Positions 37,010 through 50,415 are shown, counted from the first letter of the stretch. The stretch is DNA of 64,000 bases from Octopus sinensis (GCF_006345805.1 NC_043015.1:32116001-32180000); one strand, 5' to 3'. Numbers and translations: made by a program. Notes: a model not told the origin generated them from the letters alone.

Positions 37010-37300
37010 TGCATCATCATCATTGTTTAACGTCCGCTTTCCATGCTAGCATGGGGTTGGACGGTTCGACCGGGGTCTGGGAAGCCAGGGGGCTGCATCA
37101 GGCTCCAGTCTGATCTGGCAGTGTTTCTACAGCTGGATGCGCTGGCATCAGCCACGTTCAAATGGTGCCTTTTATGTGCCACCGGCACAGGTATCACAAC
37201 TACAATTTCTATTTGATATTTATTTTGATGTTGATGTACTTGACTCAATAGGTCTCCTCAAGCATGTATGTATATACGTATATCTACATTACCACTTGAC
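37010..37300 (-). mobile_element. SINE family C with 5' extension
   Basis: Includes the gaggagacctattgagtcaagtacatc block also seen at 57660. Confidence 0.8.
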
Positions 37301-37864
37301 AACTGGTGTTGGTTTGTTTACATCCCCATAACTTTGTAGTTCAGTAAAAGAGACTAAAAAACAAAGAAGATGGTAATGAGGTCAATTTGACCACAGTCCA
37401 ATGACCGAAACAAGTAAAACGTAGATGTTTGTGTGAGTGTGTGAATGACTGTGGACAATTTTAGAATGTTAAATTTAGTAAAAGTTCTTTTTATAGAGTC
37501 ACAACAACAACAACAACAACAGTAACAAGAACAATTATAAAGTGACGGCAGTCGCAACCGTGTGGTGATGAGCTAAACTTAAATATTGCAGAGTTCTCAG
37601 TCTCATAAATATCTTAATCTTGTTTCCCATGATCCTCTGTTTTCTGGCAATAAATGCAGAAATGGCCAGACATGACCAGCACAAAATTGGATTTTAATTC
37701 CTCTTTTTCTTTTTCTTTTCCTTTTTCTATTTTCACTCAAACCAGACAGGATTTTTCTTTCTTCTTGTGTGTGTGTGTGTTAGAGAGAATGAAAAAGCAT
37801 TTCTGCGTAGTTAAATTTAGCCAAAAATTTATTGTCCAATATAAGAAGTTTGATAATATTGCTT

Positions 37865-38710
37865 TCAAACTTTCGCACTTGGCTAGCAATTTCAGGGGTG
37901 GCGGTGGGGATAAGTCAATTACAGCAACCCCAGTGCTCAACTGGTACTCATATTATCGACCCCAAAACAATAAAAGACAAAGTTAGCCTCGGTGGAATTT
38001 GAACTCAGAATGTAAACCCGAACGAAATGTCCTTAAGCATTTTGTCTGGTGTGCTAACGATTCTACCAGCTCACCACTTTCAGAAGTTTGATAATAGTTT
38101 TAAATTTTGGTACAAGGCCAGCAAATTTGGGAGAGAGGATAAAAAGAATTACACCAGCCCCAGTGTTCATCGGATAGTTATATTATTGACGGCAGGCTGG
38201 CAGAAACATTAGCATGCCAGGCGAAATGCTTTGCGGTATTTCGTCTGCCGCTACGTTCTGAGTTCAAATTCTGCTGAGGTCGACTTTGCCTTTCATCCTT
38301 TCGGGGTCGATTAAATAAGTACCAGTTATGCACTGGGGTCGATGTAATCGACTTAATTCGTTTGTCTGTCCTTGTTAGTCCTCTCTGTGTTTAGCCCGTT
38401 GTGGGTAGTAAAGAAATAGGTATTTCATCTGCCGCTACGTTCTGAGTTCAAATTGTGCCGAGGTCAACTTTGCCTTTCATCCTTTCGGGGTCGATTAAAT
38501 AAATACCAGTTACACACTGGGGTTGATGTAATCGACTTAATCCGTTTGTCTGTCCTTATTTGTCCTCTCTGTGTTTAGCCCCTTGTGGGTAGTAAAGAAA
38601 TAGTTATATTATTGACCCCGAAAGGATAAAAAGCAAAGCTGACCTTTGCGGGATTTGAAATCAGAATGTAAAGACGGATGAAATGCTGCTGTGCATTTTG
38701 CCAGCTTGCT
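37865..38710. mobile_element. Cluster of SINE family A copies on both strands
   Basis: + copy 38195-38603 with a doubled core, flanked by - copies. Confidence 0.8.
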
Positions 38711-38739
38711 GTCTGAAGAAGTTTGATAATAATATTCAT

Positions 38740-39245
38740 AACCATCACAGGTCAGGTCCGATGTATGCAGCATCGGATCCTGCTACTGGTAAACTGTAAA
38801 CCAGTACAACCTGTGTCAGTGAGGTAGAAAGGGCTCCTTAGCCGTAAGTGAAGGCAATCTGTCTAGGGAGATAACCTTACAATAAATCACTCGGTCCGTA
38901 GCTTAGAAATACTGGGTTGACGTCCAGCGGGAACAGCTTTGTTTCATGGAGGAGGAAAGACCTTCTTTAGTACTTGGTTGTACAATGCTTTCCAATGTGT
39001 GTAGTAGTGGTGCACGCACACATTATTTGCCATTTGAAAAGATTATGGAATTTACAATTAACTGCACCAGGGTTCCTCTTCCCCAGGGAACCTGTGGATG
39101 TAGGTCAAGCCCCTGCTTTACCGGGTCCTGTCTACAGGCTTCCAGCAACAGGACCTCTGCAATGCAATGATGGACTATGAGGTCTGGCGTAACATAGTAA
39201 ATTCCATTGTCTCAACCACGGTCAAACAATGATGATGATGATGAT
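38740..39245 (+). mobile_element. Internally deleted (bipartite) RTE derivative
   Basis: 5' part homologous to 1-665 (-); 3' part homologous to the RTE tail at 17140-17270, ending in (GAT)n. Confidence 0.55.
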
Positions 39246-39571
39246 CACAATTACCCTGAACGATTTTACGGCTATATTTATTTGCTGACCTGGCCAGGCA
39301 AATCCACAAAATACTGTGACGAATCTACTGTGCTTTCAGATCTGAGTTAGCCATTTCCTCTCCAGCCTTCTTCTACCCCTACTGCAGGTATTCTCAATCT
39401 CCACACCATCCCTGTTTTTATTACCAACTTTTCCATGAGTTACAATAGGGATTCTGGGGGTAGAGTTTTATGGGTGGAAGCCCTTCCCCCGATGTTAACT
39501 TTTAATTGCTTTTTATGACAAACAGGGATATTGTGTACCGGTTCCAAAAACCAGCACACACATACATATAT

Positions 39572-39815
39572 CATCATCATCGTTTAGCGTCCACTTTCCA
39601 TGCTGGCATGGGTTGGACGGTGCAACTGGGGTCTGGGAATCCAGAAGGCTGCACCAGGCCCAGTCTGATCTGGCAATGTTTCTACAGCTGGATGCCCTTC
39701 CTAACGCCAACCACTCCGTGAGTGTAGTGGGTGATTTTTACGTGCCACCAGCACAGGTGCCAGACGAGGCTGGCAAACAGCCACGGTCGGATGGTGCTTT
39801 TTACGTGCCACCGTA
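39572..39815 (-). mobile_element. SINE family C
   Basis: Reverse-complement core. Confidence 0.85.
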
Positions 39816-39826
39816 AAAATCTACAC

Positions 39827-39858
<32 letters not shown>

Positions 39859-39884
39859 GTATATGATGATGATGATGATGTATA

Positions 39885-40355
39885 TACATATATACGACGG
39901 GCTTCTTTCAGTTTCCGTCTACCAAATCCACTCACAAGGCTTTGGTTGGTCCGAGGATATAGTAGAAGACAATTGCCCAAGGTGTCACGCAGTGGGACTG
40001 AACCAGAAACCATGTGGTTCGTAAGCAAGCTACTTTTATTCATTAAATTTGCCATAAAGGCAGTATTTAAAAAAAATTTTTTTTTTTTTTAAATATATTT
40101 CTTTATTGCCCACAAGGGGCTAAACATAGAGGGGACAAACAAAGACAGACAAAGGGATTAAGTCAACTACATCGACCCCAGTGCACAACTGGTACTTTAT
40201 TTATCAACCCCGAAAGGATGAAAGGCAAAGTCGACCTCGGCGGTGTTTGAACCCAGAACGTAATGACAGACGAAATACTGCCGAGCATTTCGCCTGGCGT
40301 GCTAACGTTTCTGCCAGCTCACCGCCTTCGTAAGCAAGCTACTTACCACACAGCC
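39885..40355 (-). mobile_element. SINE family B interrupted by family A, with an 18-bp TSD
   Basis: ttcgtaagcaagctactt at 40018-40035 and 40327-40344. Confidence 0.85.
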
Positions 40356-40472
40356 ACTCTTACGCTTATGATTAGTAATTACAACTGTGGCGGTGTTGGG
40401 GGGGGGGGGAGAAAAAAGAAAGAGAGAGGGAAAGAGGGAGAGAGGAGAGATAGGATGAAGTAAGCATGATAC

Positions 40473-40891
40473 CTGGGACTGAACTTCTCGGTCAACGTTG
40501 TTCTGTTTGGCACTGGCATTATTCAGATTGGTGGAGGCGTTGGCTGCGACAACATTGCAGCTGGCTCTCATGTTGTTGGTGTTGTTCACTGGGGTCTGGT
40601 GGTGGTGGTGGTGGTGTTGGGACAGCTGATGGGATGAGGACGACGATAACGACGACGATGAGGACGAAGACAATGACGAGGCTGACGATGACGACGACGC
40701 TGCTGACAAGGATGTGGATGATGGCAATGGATGGGTTGCTGCTTGTAACGGAGACGGCAGGGATCTCTGCGGTTGCTGTGGATGCTGCTGCTGTTGTGGT
40801 TGTTGCTGCTGCTGCTGCGGTCCTCTGCTGTCGCGTATCGCCTCCACTTGGTGGCGGAGGGCAGACATATTCTCAAGAGGAGCACCATCAC
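40473..40891 (-). CDS. STI1-like domain protein, exon 2 (polyQ/polyS/polyH)
   Basis: Acceptor ttattgtag|gt; (G)DGAPLENMSALRHQ...QQQQ...SSSS...HHHHHH...EVQSQ; donor cag|gtatca (phase 0). Confidence 0.8.
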
Positions 40892-41073
40892 CTACAATAA
40901 CAATAATAATAACAATCAAATAATAAAGATGATGACAACCACGATGATAATAAGGAAGCTTTCTTTATTCACCACTGAAGGTTCATAAAAAATGTTGGGG
41001 GTGGTACAACATTGGGGTTACATAAGGAAAAGCACGTAAAAAGTAGAAGAAATGGTAACAAAATAAATTCTAC

Positions 41074-41160
41074 ATTATTTACATTTGACAGATATTTGTC
41101 CTCATCTTGTTTGTTAACCAGAAACAAGATGAGGACAAATATCCGTCAAATGTAAATAAT
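41074..41160. repeat. 39-bp hairpin
   Basis: 41074-41112 / 41122-41160, one mismatch. Confidence 0.9.
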
Positions 41161-41199
41161 TCCTCATCTCTTAAATATAAAATTCTAACAATGAATAAT

Positions 41200-41820
41200 T
41201 TCCCAAAAGAGTGAGACTTCCTAGGGCTGCTCGTGGAAACCTCACAAAACCATGGTTGCCCAGACCACTAGGGCAAACACCCTTTCCCATTGTCATCCCT
41301 CAATCTAGAGATGTACGCTTAGAGTAGGCCCATTAACTCAGACCGTTCTTGACATGTTCACCCATCTTTCAACAAAATTATTAGGAGGCAGCACTCTTTA
41401 CTTTCACTTTCCTTTTCAAGTGAAGCTTGTAAAAGTTGGTGAGGGCTTGGTTGAAGAGGAAAGTATCTGTTTGAAGCCCTTTCCATCAGGTCCACCACAC
41501 AATCTCTTTTGCTAAAACTACCAAACAAATAAAGACTACCTGCTTTTCCCGACGGCAGGATGATCTTCAAAATGGTCTCAGCAGTCAGCCGAATCCAGCC
41601 GCCATGTGACAGCAGGTGTTCGACATAAACCCACAAGACAGCAATGCTCAGGCCCTGAATGAGAGCATGCAGAACAATTCAGTCACCCTGCATGCATGTT
41701 GGGCAAGCTCAGTTTATGGCACTTCCATGCTTGTAGAGTTTATCTTGAACTAACAATGCCCTGCACTAGTACTGCCAGGTCAAGGACTTCTGGAAATTAA
41801 CCATGGGCCCTGGCCCAAAA
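41200..41820 (-). mobile_element. Tx1/L1-like LINE 3' fragment
   Basis: VWWT*WKGLQTDTFL...FYKLHLKRKVKVK resembles Tx1-type ORF2 C-termini (recalled, not searched). Confidence 0.5.
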
Positions 41821-41873
41821 GTCCTCTAGAACAAAACAGCCAGTTGATTCTCATCAACCCCTAGAATCTCCCT

Positions 41874-42062
41874 AAGGCGGCAAGCTGGCAGAAACATTAG
41901 CATGCTGGGCGAAATGTGTAGCAGTATTTTGTCTGTCTTTACGTTCTGAGTTCAAATTCCGCCGAGGTCGACTTTGCCTTTCATCCTTTCAGGGTCGATA
42001 AATTAAGTACCAGTTACACACTGGGGTCGATGTAATCAACTTAATCTCTTTGTCTGTCCTTG
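41874..42062 (+). mobile_element. SINE family A
   Basis: Head and core match. Confidence 0.85.
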
Positions 42063-42149
42063 AATAGGTGCAGCTGTTTGGACATTGAATCTGTTTTGAC
42101 AACAGCACATTTTAGCACTAGAGGCATACACCAACAATAAGAAGAAATA

Positions 42150-42525
42150 TACAGTTGCAACCAGAAGTGCAAATCACAAAGTAACTGGAACTTGTGGAAG
42201 AGGGAGACCCAGGAAGACATGGGGCGAATTGTTGAAGGCTAATCTCAAGACATTGAGCCTTATGAAGGAGATGACTAAGGACCAAGATATCTGGTACCTT
42301 GCTGTACTCAAAAAGGCTCATCGACCACAACAGAATTGATACAGGTACTGGTACCACATAAATAGCACCCAATACACTGTGGAGTGGTTGGCATTAGGAA
42401 GGGCATCAAGCTGTAGAAACCATGTCAGAAGAGACAATGGAGCTTGGTGGGGCCCCTGACTCCAGTCAAACCATCCAATCTATGCCAACATGGAAAAAGG
42501 ATGTTAAATGATAATGATGATGAAA
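42150..42525 (+). mobile_element. RTE 3' end continuing into a family C-type tail
   Basis: VTGTCGRGRPRKTWGELLKANLKTLSLMKEMTKDQDIW. Confidence 0.75.
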
Positions 42526-42778
42526 GAGGGGGAGAGAGAGAGAGAGATTACAATTTAGTAACTGAAACCAATTGACATAAATACTTTCACTAGTCCATTA
42601 GTGTGCATAAAATGAAACAAAGTTAAATGAAGTTTAGTAGGCAAGCAGATTAGTCATTGCAACAGGTTAGTTGTCAACAAGAATAAAAATAAAATTTTCA
42701 GGCCACCAAAGTGACCTGAGGACAGAGGCATCCAATGTCAAATAAATCAGTGTTGGTTAAATCAGTAATGCTATAAAT

Positions 42779-43090
42779 GTGGAGGTGCAATGGCCCAGTG
42801 GTTAGGGCAGTGGACATGCAATTGGAGGATCATGGTTTTGATTCCCAGACTGGGTGTTGTGTGTGTTTATTGAGCGAAAACACCTAAATGCTTCACGAGG
42901 CTCCGGCAGGGGGTGGTGGCGACCCCAGTTGTACTTTTTCGCCCCAACTTTCTCTCACTCTTTCTTCCTGTTTCTTGAGTAACGCTGCAATGGACTGGTG
43001 TCCCGTCCAGCTGGAGGGAACACATATGCCATAGAAACCAGAAAACCGGGCCCATGAGCCTGGTTAGGCTTGAAAAGGGCGCATAATTAA
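42779..43090 (+). mobile_element. SINE family D
   Basis: Homologous to 29583. Confidence 0.8.
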
Positions 43091-43149
43091 ATAAAAATAA
43101 ATAGGCAGGGTCAAAACAGGAAAACATCTTATACCCAACTAATGTGCCT

Positions 43150-43530
43150 TTTCTTTTTTTAAGATAATAAGGCTACAGAAATGAAATGTTTCAGGGGACT
43201 TTTGGGAATATCCTGCAGAGATCGTGGCACAAATGAGGAAGGGAAAAGAAGAATAAAGCAGGTAACAGGGCCCTATGAGGAACCTCTTACCACAGTAAAA
43301 AAAACACAAGCTCAGGTGGTTTGGGCATGTCACCTGCTCATCAGGGAACAGCCAAAGGTAGCAGACGCAGACAGAGTAAGGGGCAGGGAAAACAACATCT
43401 GTGAGGGGGCAGGCCTAAAGATGAGGGATGCAGTGTGTGAGGCAGAAGACGAAGATGGGTGGAGGGATCTGGTCACCAAGTCATCAGGGGTGCCCCAACG
43501 GTCAACCAGACTACAGGATATGTAATGGAA
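43150..43530 (+). mobile_element. RTE (BovB-like) 3' fragment
   Basis: MKCFRGLLGISCRD...GPYEEPLTTVKK...GWRDLVTKSSGVPQRSTRLQD. Confidence 0.85.
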
Positions 43531-44889
43531 TAGAAGGGTAGAGTAACAGGGAGATTTAACTGCTGTAACTGCGGAAAGGGGTTATTTTCAACCACTGTGC
43601 CATGGAGTATTGGAGCATTTTTTTAATACAGAGCACAAGTGCATGCATTTGTAGTAAAGTGTTTCATCTGTGCCGTTTTTCCTTTTAACACAATTTTAAG
43701 ACTCATTATCTGTATTTTCGATCTTTTACTTGTTTCAGTCATTAGACTGCGGCCATGCTGGGGCATTGCCTTGAAGAATTTTTAGTTGAATGAATCGACC
43801 CCAGTACTTATTTTTTGTTAAGGCTGGTACCTATTCTATTGGTATCTTTTGCCAAACTGCAAAGTTATAGGGATATAAACATACTAACACAGGTTGTTAA
43901 GGGGTAGTGGGAGACAAACACAAGGACACACACACACATTCATGGAGGAAATGATGAATGACTGGGACCTAGGCATTATGTTGTGCTTGAGAAGAAGACC
44001 CATCAAACCAAGTAAAATCACAGTCGTGGCAGATACTGGTGTCACGCAAATGGCACACGTGCCAGTGGCATGTAAGAGCACCCATTACACTCTCAGAGTG
44101 GTTGGTGTTAGGAAGGGCATCCAGCCATAGAAAGCCATACCAAATCAGACTGGAGTCTGGTGCAGCCTTCCAGCTTACAAACCCTGGTCAAACCGTCCAA
44201 CCCATGCCAGCATGGACAATGGATGTTAAATGATGATGAGCTTCTTTCAGTTTCCGTCTCCCAAATCCACTCGCAAGGCTTTGGTCGGCCCAAGGCTACA
44301 GTAGAAGATACTTGCCCAAGGTGTCACACAGTGGGACTGAACCCGGAACCATGTGGTTGGGAAGCATGTTTCTTGCTACACAAAGCCGATGGCATATCAT
44401 AACACCTATAGAATGGTTTTGGCTTAAGTCCCATTGGACAGCATCTTGGACAAGTGCTTGACACTGTTGCATAGGCCTCATGAGTGAATTCGAGTAGTGA
44501 AAATGCTTGTCTTGCAGGGCACAAAGCAACCAGGCTAGGGCTGTTGCCTTTATAAAATATGCACAGTATACACTGCAAAGCGACTGGCAGAAAATGTAGG
44601 GTGAAGAGGACCGCTAACCCTTTAGCATTTAAACAGGCCATTTTGGGGCCAAATATTCTACTTGTTTCTATGTTCAAACCAGCCAGATCTGGCCTCTTAC
44701 ACTTATCCTGTAATGTTATTCTAAGAATAAACAATCACATCATTGAAATCTTGAAGCCTCAAGATAATGCAGGATTAACACAAGAAAATGGTGAATAAAT
44801 ATGCATTACATTTAACAGAGTAATCTGGATGGTAATATGTATACATATATATATATCTATATATGTATACATATACACACATACACTAG

Positions 44890-45150
44890 CCAGCACCGCA
44901 ACAACTGGCCTCCGTGCTGGTGGCACGTAACAAACACCATCCGTATGAGGCCGTTTGCCAGCCTCCCCTGACACGTAAAAAGCACCCACTACACTCACGG
45001 AGTGGTTGGCGTTAGGAAGGGCATCCAGCTGTAGAAACATTGCCAGATAAGACTGGAGCCTGGTGCAGCCTTCTGGCTTCCCAGACCCCAGTTGAACTGT
45101 CCAACCCATGCTAGCATGGAAAACGGACGTTAAACGATGATGATGATGAT
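44890..45150 (+). mobile_element. SINE family C
   Basis: Core and (GAT)n tail. Confidence 0.85.
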
Positions 45151-45167
45151 ATATATACATACATATA

Positions 45168-45345
45168 TACACATAGTTATCAGGGGTGTACAGATTAGTT
45201 ACAATTCAGTTCAGTCCATTATCACTGAAGATTTGGGTATGAGATGCGTGTCTCCCAAGTTTGTGCCAAAACAGCTTTCAGCTGACCAAGAAGGCAATCC
45301 GGTTTCAGTCGCACAAGATCTCTTTGATTGTGTCAAGAAGCCCAA
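45168..45345 (+). mobile_element. Mariner transposase fragment
   Basis: EDLGMRCVSPKFVPKQLSADQ (mariner WVPxxL linker-like). Confidence 0.75.
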
Positions 45346-46087
45346 TTGAGGACAAGACAACCGTATTGGCACCGGTTCCACAACAAAAATGCACCGGAAC
45401 AGTTTGTATAGTGGCTGGTGTTAAGAAAGGTTTTTAGCTGTAAAATCCACTTCAAAAATGCAAGATAGGAGCAGGATGTGGTTGTTCAACTCATCTAGAA
45501 TGGTAGAAACTCCAACCAAGAACTGATCTGAACCATAATGAATTGCCCGATTCATGCCAATATGCAAAGTATGTGCAAAATGATGTTCAATGATGATGAT
45601 GATGATGTTGAGGAGAGTGTTACTTGAGGGGAATTTGGCTGCCAGTTCTAGCGGGTTAAGAGACCATTAACTTGCTGTGAACTCTCTTTTGCACAAGCTA
45701 TCCCTCGTACCCCCCTCTCCTTTCCTCCAAAACACACACACACACACACACACACAAAGGTAGGTCAAACTGCTGACAGCTCATAGCAAATAGTATAGTA
45801 ATGACACGAAAATATTTTGTTGACACATCTACTGACATACTAAGAAATAAAAAGAAATTTACTGGAATTGTAAACCTGGCTTATTCAGAGCTCAGCACCC
45901 CCCCTCCCAACCACCACTCTTTCATATATGAGTGTGTGTGCACGCGTGTATCTAAGTGCACACATATAAATGTGTATACATATATATATATACAAATAAA
46001 TATCTGTAAATATAAACCATCCGATATTCTGAGTACCTCATTTCTTCTAATATATAATACCTGTACATCATCTCCAAACCTTCCAAT

Positions 46088-46168
<81 letters not shown>

Positions 46169-46197
46169 CATATATATATCCATATATATATGTATAC

Positions 46198-46440
46198 ATC
46201 ATCATCATCATTTAACGTCCGCTTTCCATGCTGGCATGGGTTGGACGGTTCAACTGGGGTCTGGGAAGCCAGAAGGCTGCACCAGGCTCCAGTCTGATCT
46301 GGCAGTGTTTCTACAGCTGGATGCCCTTCCTAACGCCAACCACTCCGTGAGTGTAGTGGGTGCTTTTTACGTGCCACCGGCACAGGTGCCAGACGGGGCT
46401 GGCAGACGGCCACGATTGGATGGTGCTTTTTATGTGCCAC
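46198..46440 (-). mobile_element. SINE family C
   Basis: Reverse-complement core. Confidence 0.85.
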
Positions 46441-46711
46441 ACACACATATATATACATATATATAAATATACATGTATACATATACATATATATACACAT
46501 ATATGCATACATATATATACACACACACACATATATACATACACACACACACATATGTATATATACACACACATATATATACATACATACATATATATAT
46601 ATATACACACACACACATATATATATACACACACACACATATATATAACACACACACACACACATATATATAATAACACACACACACACATATATATATA
46701 TACACACACAC

Positions 46712-46742
<31 letters not shown>

Positions 46743-46813
46743 TATATATACACACACACACACATTATATATATATATACACACACACATATATATATAT
46801 ATACACGCACACA

Positions 46814-46855
<42 letters not shown>

Positions 46856-47396
46856 CACACACACACACATATATATATATACACACATACATATATACAC
46901 ACACACATACACATATATATATACACACACACACACACATATATATACACACACACACACATATATACACACACACACACACATATATATACACACACAC
47001 ACATATATATACACACACACACACATATATATATACACACACACATATATATATACACACACACACATATATATACACACACACACACATATATATACAC
47101 ACACACACATATATATACACACACACACATATATATATACACACACACATATATATATACACACACACACATATATATATATACACACACACACATATAT
47201 ATATATATTACACACACACACACACATATATATATATTACACACACACACACATATATATATATACACACACACCACACACACACACACAATATATATAT
47301 ATATAACACACACACACACAACACACATATATATATATATACACACACACACACGCACATATATATATATATATTATATATATATATAACACACAC

Positions 47397-47454
<58 letters not shown>

Positions 47455-47460
47455 TATATA
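46440..47460. repeat. ~1 kb compound (TA)n/(CA)n microsatellite
   Basis: Seen directly; source of the long HTHIY/CVCV pseudo-ORFs. Confidence 0.97.
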
Positions 47461-47928
47461 CACATAGTTATCAGATAATGTGCAGATTAGTTATGGTTCA
47501 GTTCAGTCCATTATCACTGAAGATTTGGGTATAAGACATGTGTCTGCCAAGTTTGTACCAAAACTGGTTTTGGCTAACCAAGAAAGCAATCCGGTTTCAG
47601 TCGCACAAGATCTCTTTGATTGTGTCAAGAACAATGAACACTTTTTGAAAACTTCACGTAGGCCTCTGAGCAAGTATTGCAAAGCTTTTGGCAAAACTTG
47701 ATGCAGATTCTTTACTCAGTTTTCTCTGTCATGGTCAATGCGACAATCACACGCTACACACCTTCCTTCCAAGCACTGCTGTACACAGCAAAAGTGAGCT
47801 AGAACATTAAAACTTAGTGCACAAGCACAGCAGAGTTCAAGGTGAATCTGTGCCAAGTGGCTTCACTCTGAGTGCTTCAGCTTCGTTACTATGGCAACAG
47901 TCCGGATACTTATTGATCAGACCACATA
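47457..47928 (+). mobile_element. Deleted mariner element with one TIR
   Basis: EDLGIRHVSAKFVPKL; ends ...gtccggatacttattgatcagaccaca-TA. Confidence 0.75.
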
Positions 47929-47930
47929 TA

Positions 47931-48305
47931 CTCTTTTACTTGTTTCAGTCATTTGACTGCGGCCATGCTGGAGCACCGCCTTTAGTCGAGCAAATCGACA
48001 CCGGGACTTATTCTTTGTAAGCCCAGTACTTACTCTATCGGTCTCTTTTGCCGAACCGCTAAGTGATGGGGACGTAAACACACCAGCATCGGTTGTCAAG
48101 CAATACTAGGAGGGACAAACACAGACACACAAACATATATATATACATATATACGACAGGATTCTTTCAGTTTCCGTCTACCAAATCCACTAACAAGGCA
48201 TTGGTCAGCCCGGGGCTATAGCAGAAGACACTTGTCCAAGATGCCACGCAGTGGGACTGAACCCGGAACCATGTGGTTGGTTAGCAAGCTACTTACCACA
48301 CAGCC
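47931..48305 (-). mobile_element. SINE family B, full length
   Basis: High similarity to other copies. Confidence 0.9.
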
Positions 48306-48754
48306 ATATCGTTTTTTATGTTCAATTTTTCATGCTTGCATAGGTTTGACTTCAGTCACATTATTTATATATCCTAGCAAATCTACCATCTACGATGGAG
48401 GGAAGTCATAACAGCATTATGTATTGAGGAATGTGTAAATGGACTTGATAGATTACCAAGTGATGTCTTAGAGAAATCACATTTTTGTTGGTGACACAGC
48501 ATCCTATTGCAGCTTTATGATGTGTGTTTGCGACTAAGTGACATGTGATGAGGATTCACTCCCAAACTCAACAGCCTCTGCATTATGAATAATTAGGTGG
48601 ACCACTCCTAATGAAAGCCAGAGCTTCCTTCGACCATTACACAAAAAGTATTAAGAAAAAAAATGTTATTCAGATATACTTTTATCTTAGTTGTTTACAC
48701 TATCTTATGCTTGTTTATACTCTTGTTCACAAATTTCTTTATTTAAATTATGAA

Positions 48755-49504
48755 TCATATTTCTTTTGATAAGATCAATATGATGACAAAACTTCTCTGT
48801 GGACTATATTCTCTGTTTGGTTGGTCAACACTAATGTTCAAATTACAGGAGTCCGTTGCTCTAGTCATAGTGACGTATAACTGGCCGAGTGTAAACATTG
48901 GAGTGGGTAACAATACACCTACACGACCTAAAGTCTGGCCCTGAGCCTTGTTTGCTGTGAATGCATGAGCAGAATCCTTAGGGTTGCACAAAAATCGAAC
49001 TAAAACTTAGCTCTCAGTGTTCTAGGTGAATAATGTCTGGATGTTCTTGTACCATGGGTTATTTTGATTGACAAAACTGAGACGTAAACAACAGTTGCTT
49101 CAATTAGGCTGTTTTGAATTCTACTTGAGACTGACACACTTAAATAACCACTAAAGAATCACACACACTATATACTGACACACACTTTTTCCATTTTGTT
49201 TTTGCTATTAACCATCCTCACAACCCTTTCGTATCTATGATTGTGCCATGAACTATACAATGAAAATCCAGAGTTACTTGAGGTCGGTGAACGTTTAATA
49301 AAAATGCAAAGGTGGTTTATTGATTCAAAAATTAATATCCACAAAACAATCATACTTTCTGATTTTTTTTAATGCTAAAAACCTTCCTGACAACCATCTT
49401 TGTAATCCGGAAAAATATTGTAACCATTGGTTCAGCTGTCTGGCTGTGAAGGGGGAACAGAAAAAAATGACAAACTGGCAGACGTAACGCCCATTATAGT
49501 AAGA
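48755..49504 (-). mobile_element. Helitron remnant with a PIF1-like helicase C-terminal fragment
   Basis: AFTANKAQGQTLGRVGVLLPTPMFTLGQLYVTMTRA (helicase motifs V-VI); 5' end A|TCTTACTATAATGG at 49504; diverged second 5' end at ~49800-49990. Confidence 0.75.
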
Positions 49505-49989
49505 TATATTTCTTTATTGCCCACAAGGGGCCAATCAAGGACAGACAGACAGATTAAGTCAATTACATCGACCCCAGTGCATAACTGGTACTTAATTTAT
49601 CGACCCCGAAAGGAAGAAAGGCAAAGTCGATCTTGGCGGAATTTGAACTCAGGACGTAACGGAAGATAGCAAATTTGCCCATCTACGATGGAAAATAAAG
49701 GGATAGTATTGCAAATCTAAAACCCTCTAAATTCATGATCTATACGGGGGGAGGGCGGGTCCAGAGTTAATACTGGTTGCTGGAATTTTAAGAGAAAAAA
49801 AAAAATCAAAGGTGATTTATTAATACAAAACTCAATATCCACTAAATAATCATACTTTTTTCACATTTTTTTCGCTAAAATCCTTCCTGATTACCTCTTT
49901 TGTAATCCCCCAAAACAGCGTGACCATTGGTCCAGCTGGTTGACCGTGAAAAGGGAACAGACAGACGGACATAACACCCATTATAGTAA

Positions 49990-50216
49990 TCATCATCATT
50001 TAACGTCCACTTTCCATGCTAGCATGGGTTGGACGGTTCAACTGGGGTCTGGGAAGCCAGGAGGCTGCACCAGGCTCCAGTCTGATCTGGCAGTGTTTCT
50101 ACAGCTGGATGCTCTTCCTAACACCAACCACTCCATGAGTGTAGTGGGTGCTTTTTACGTGCCACTGGCACAGGTGCCAGACGGGGCTGGCAAACGGCCA
50201 CGATCGGATGGTGCTT
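49990..50216 (-). mobile_element. SINE family C
   Basis: Reverse-complement core. Confidence 0.85.
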
Positions 50217-50344
50217 TATATATATATATATACATGCAAACAAATGAAAGAAGGGCACTCAACACATTTACTGGGAGTTACACATATGGATCAAAACAGT
50301 TTGATTCAAATTCGTCAGTACTCTGAGTACACACACAAACACGG

Positions 50345-50384
50345 AAATAGATAGATAGATAGATAGACAGACAGATAGATAGAC

Positions 50385-50415
<31 letters not shown>

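Noticed and set aside
40466-40923. Antisense and alternative-frame ORFs over exon 2
   Set aside because: By-products of trinucleotide repeats.
41358-41636. GRAM-like looking ORF
   Set aside because: Another frame reads as a Tx1/L1-like ORF2 C-terminus; no supporting splice sites.
46311-47465. Long ORFs of 143-348 aa
   Set aside because: Translations of (TA)/(CA) repeats, which lack stop codons.
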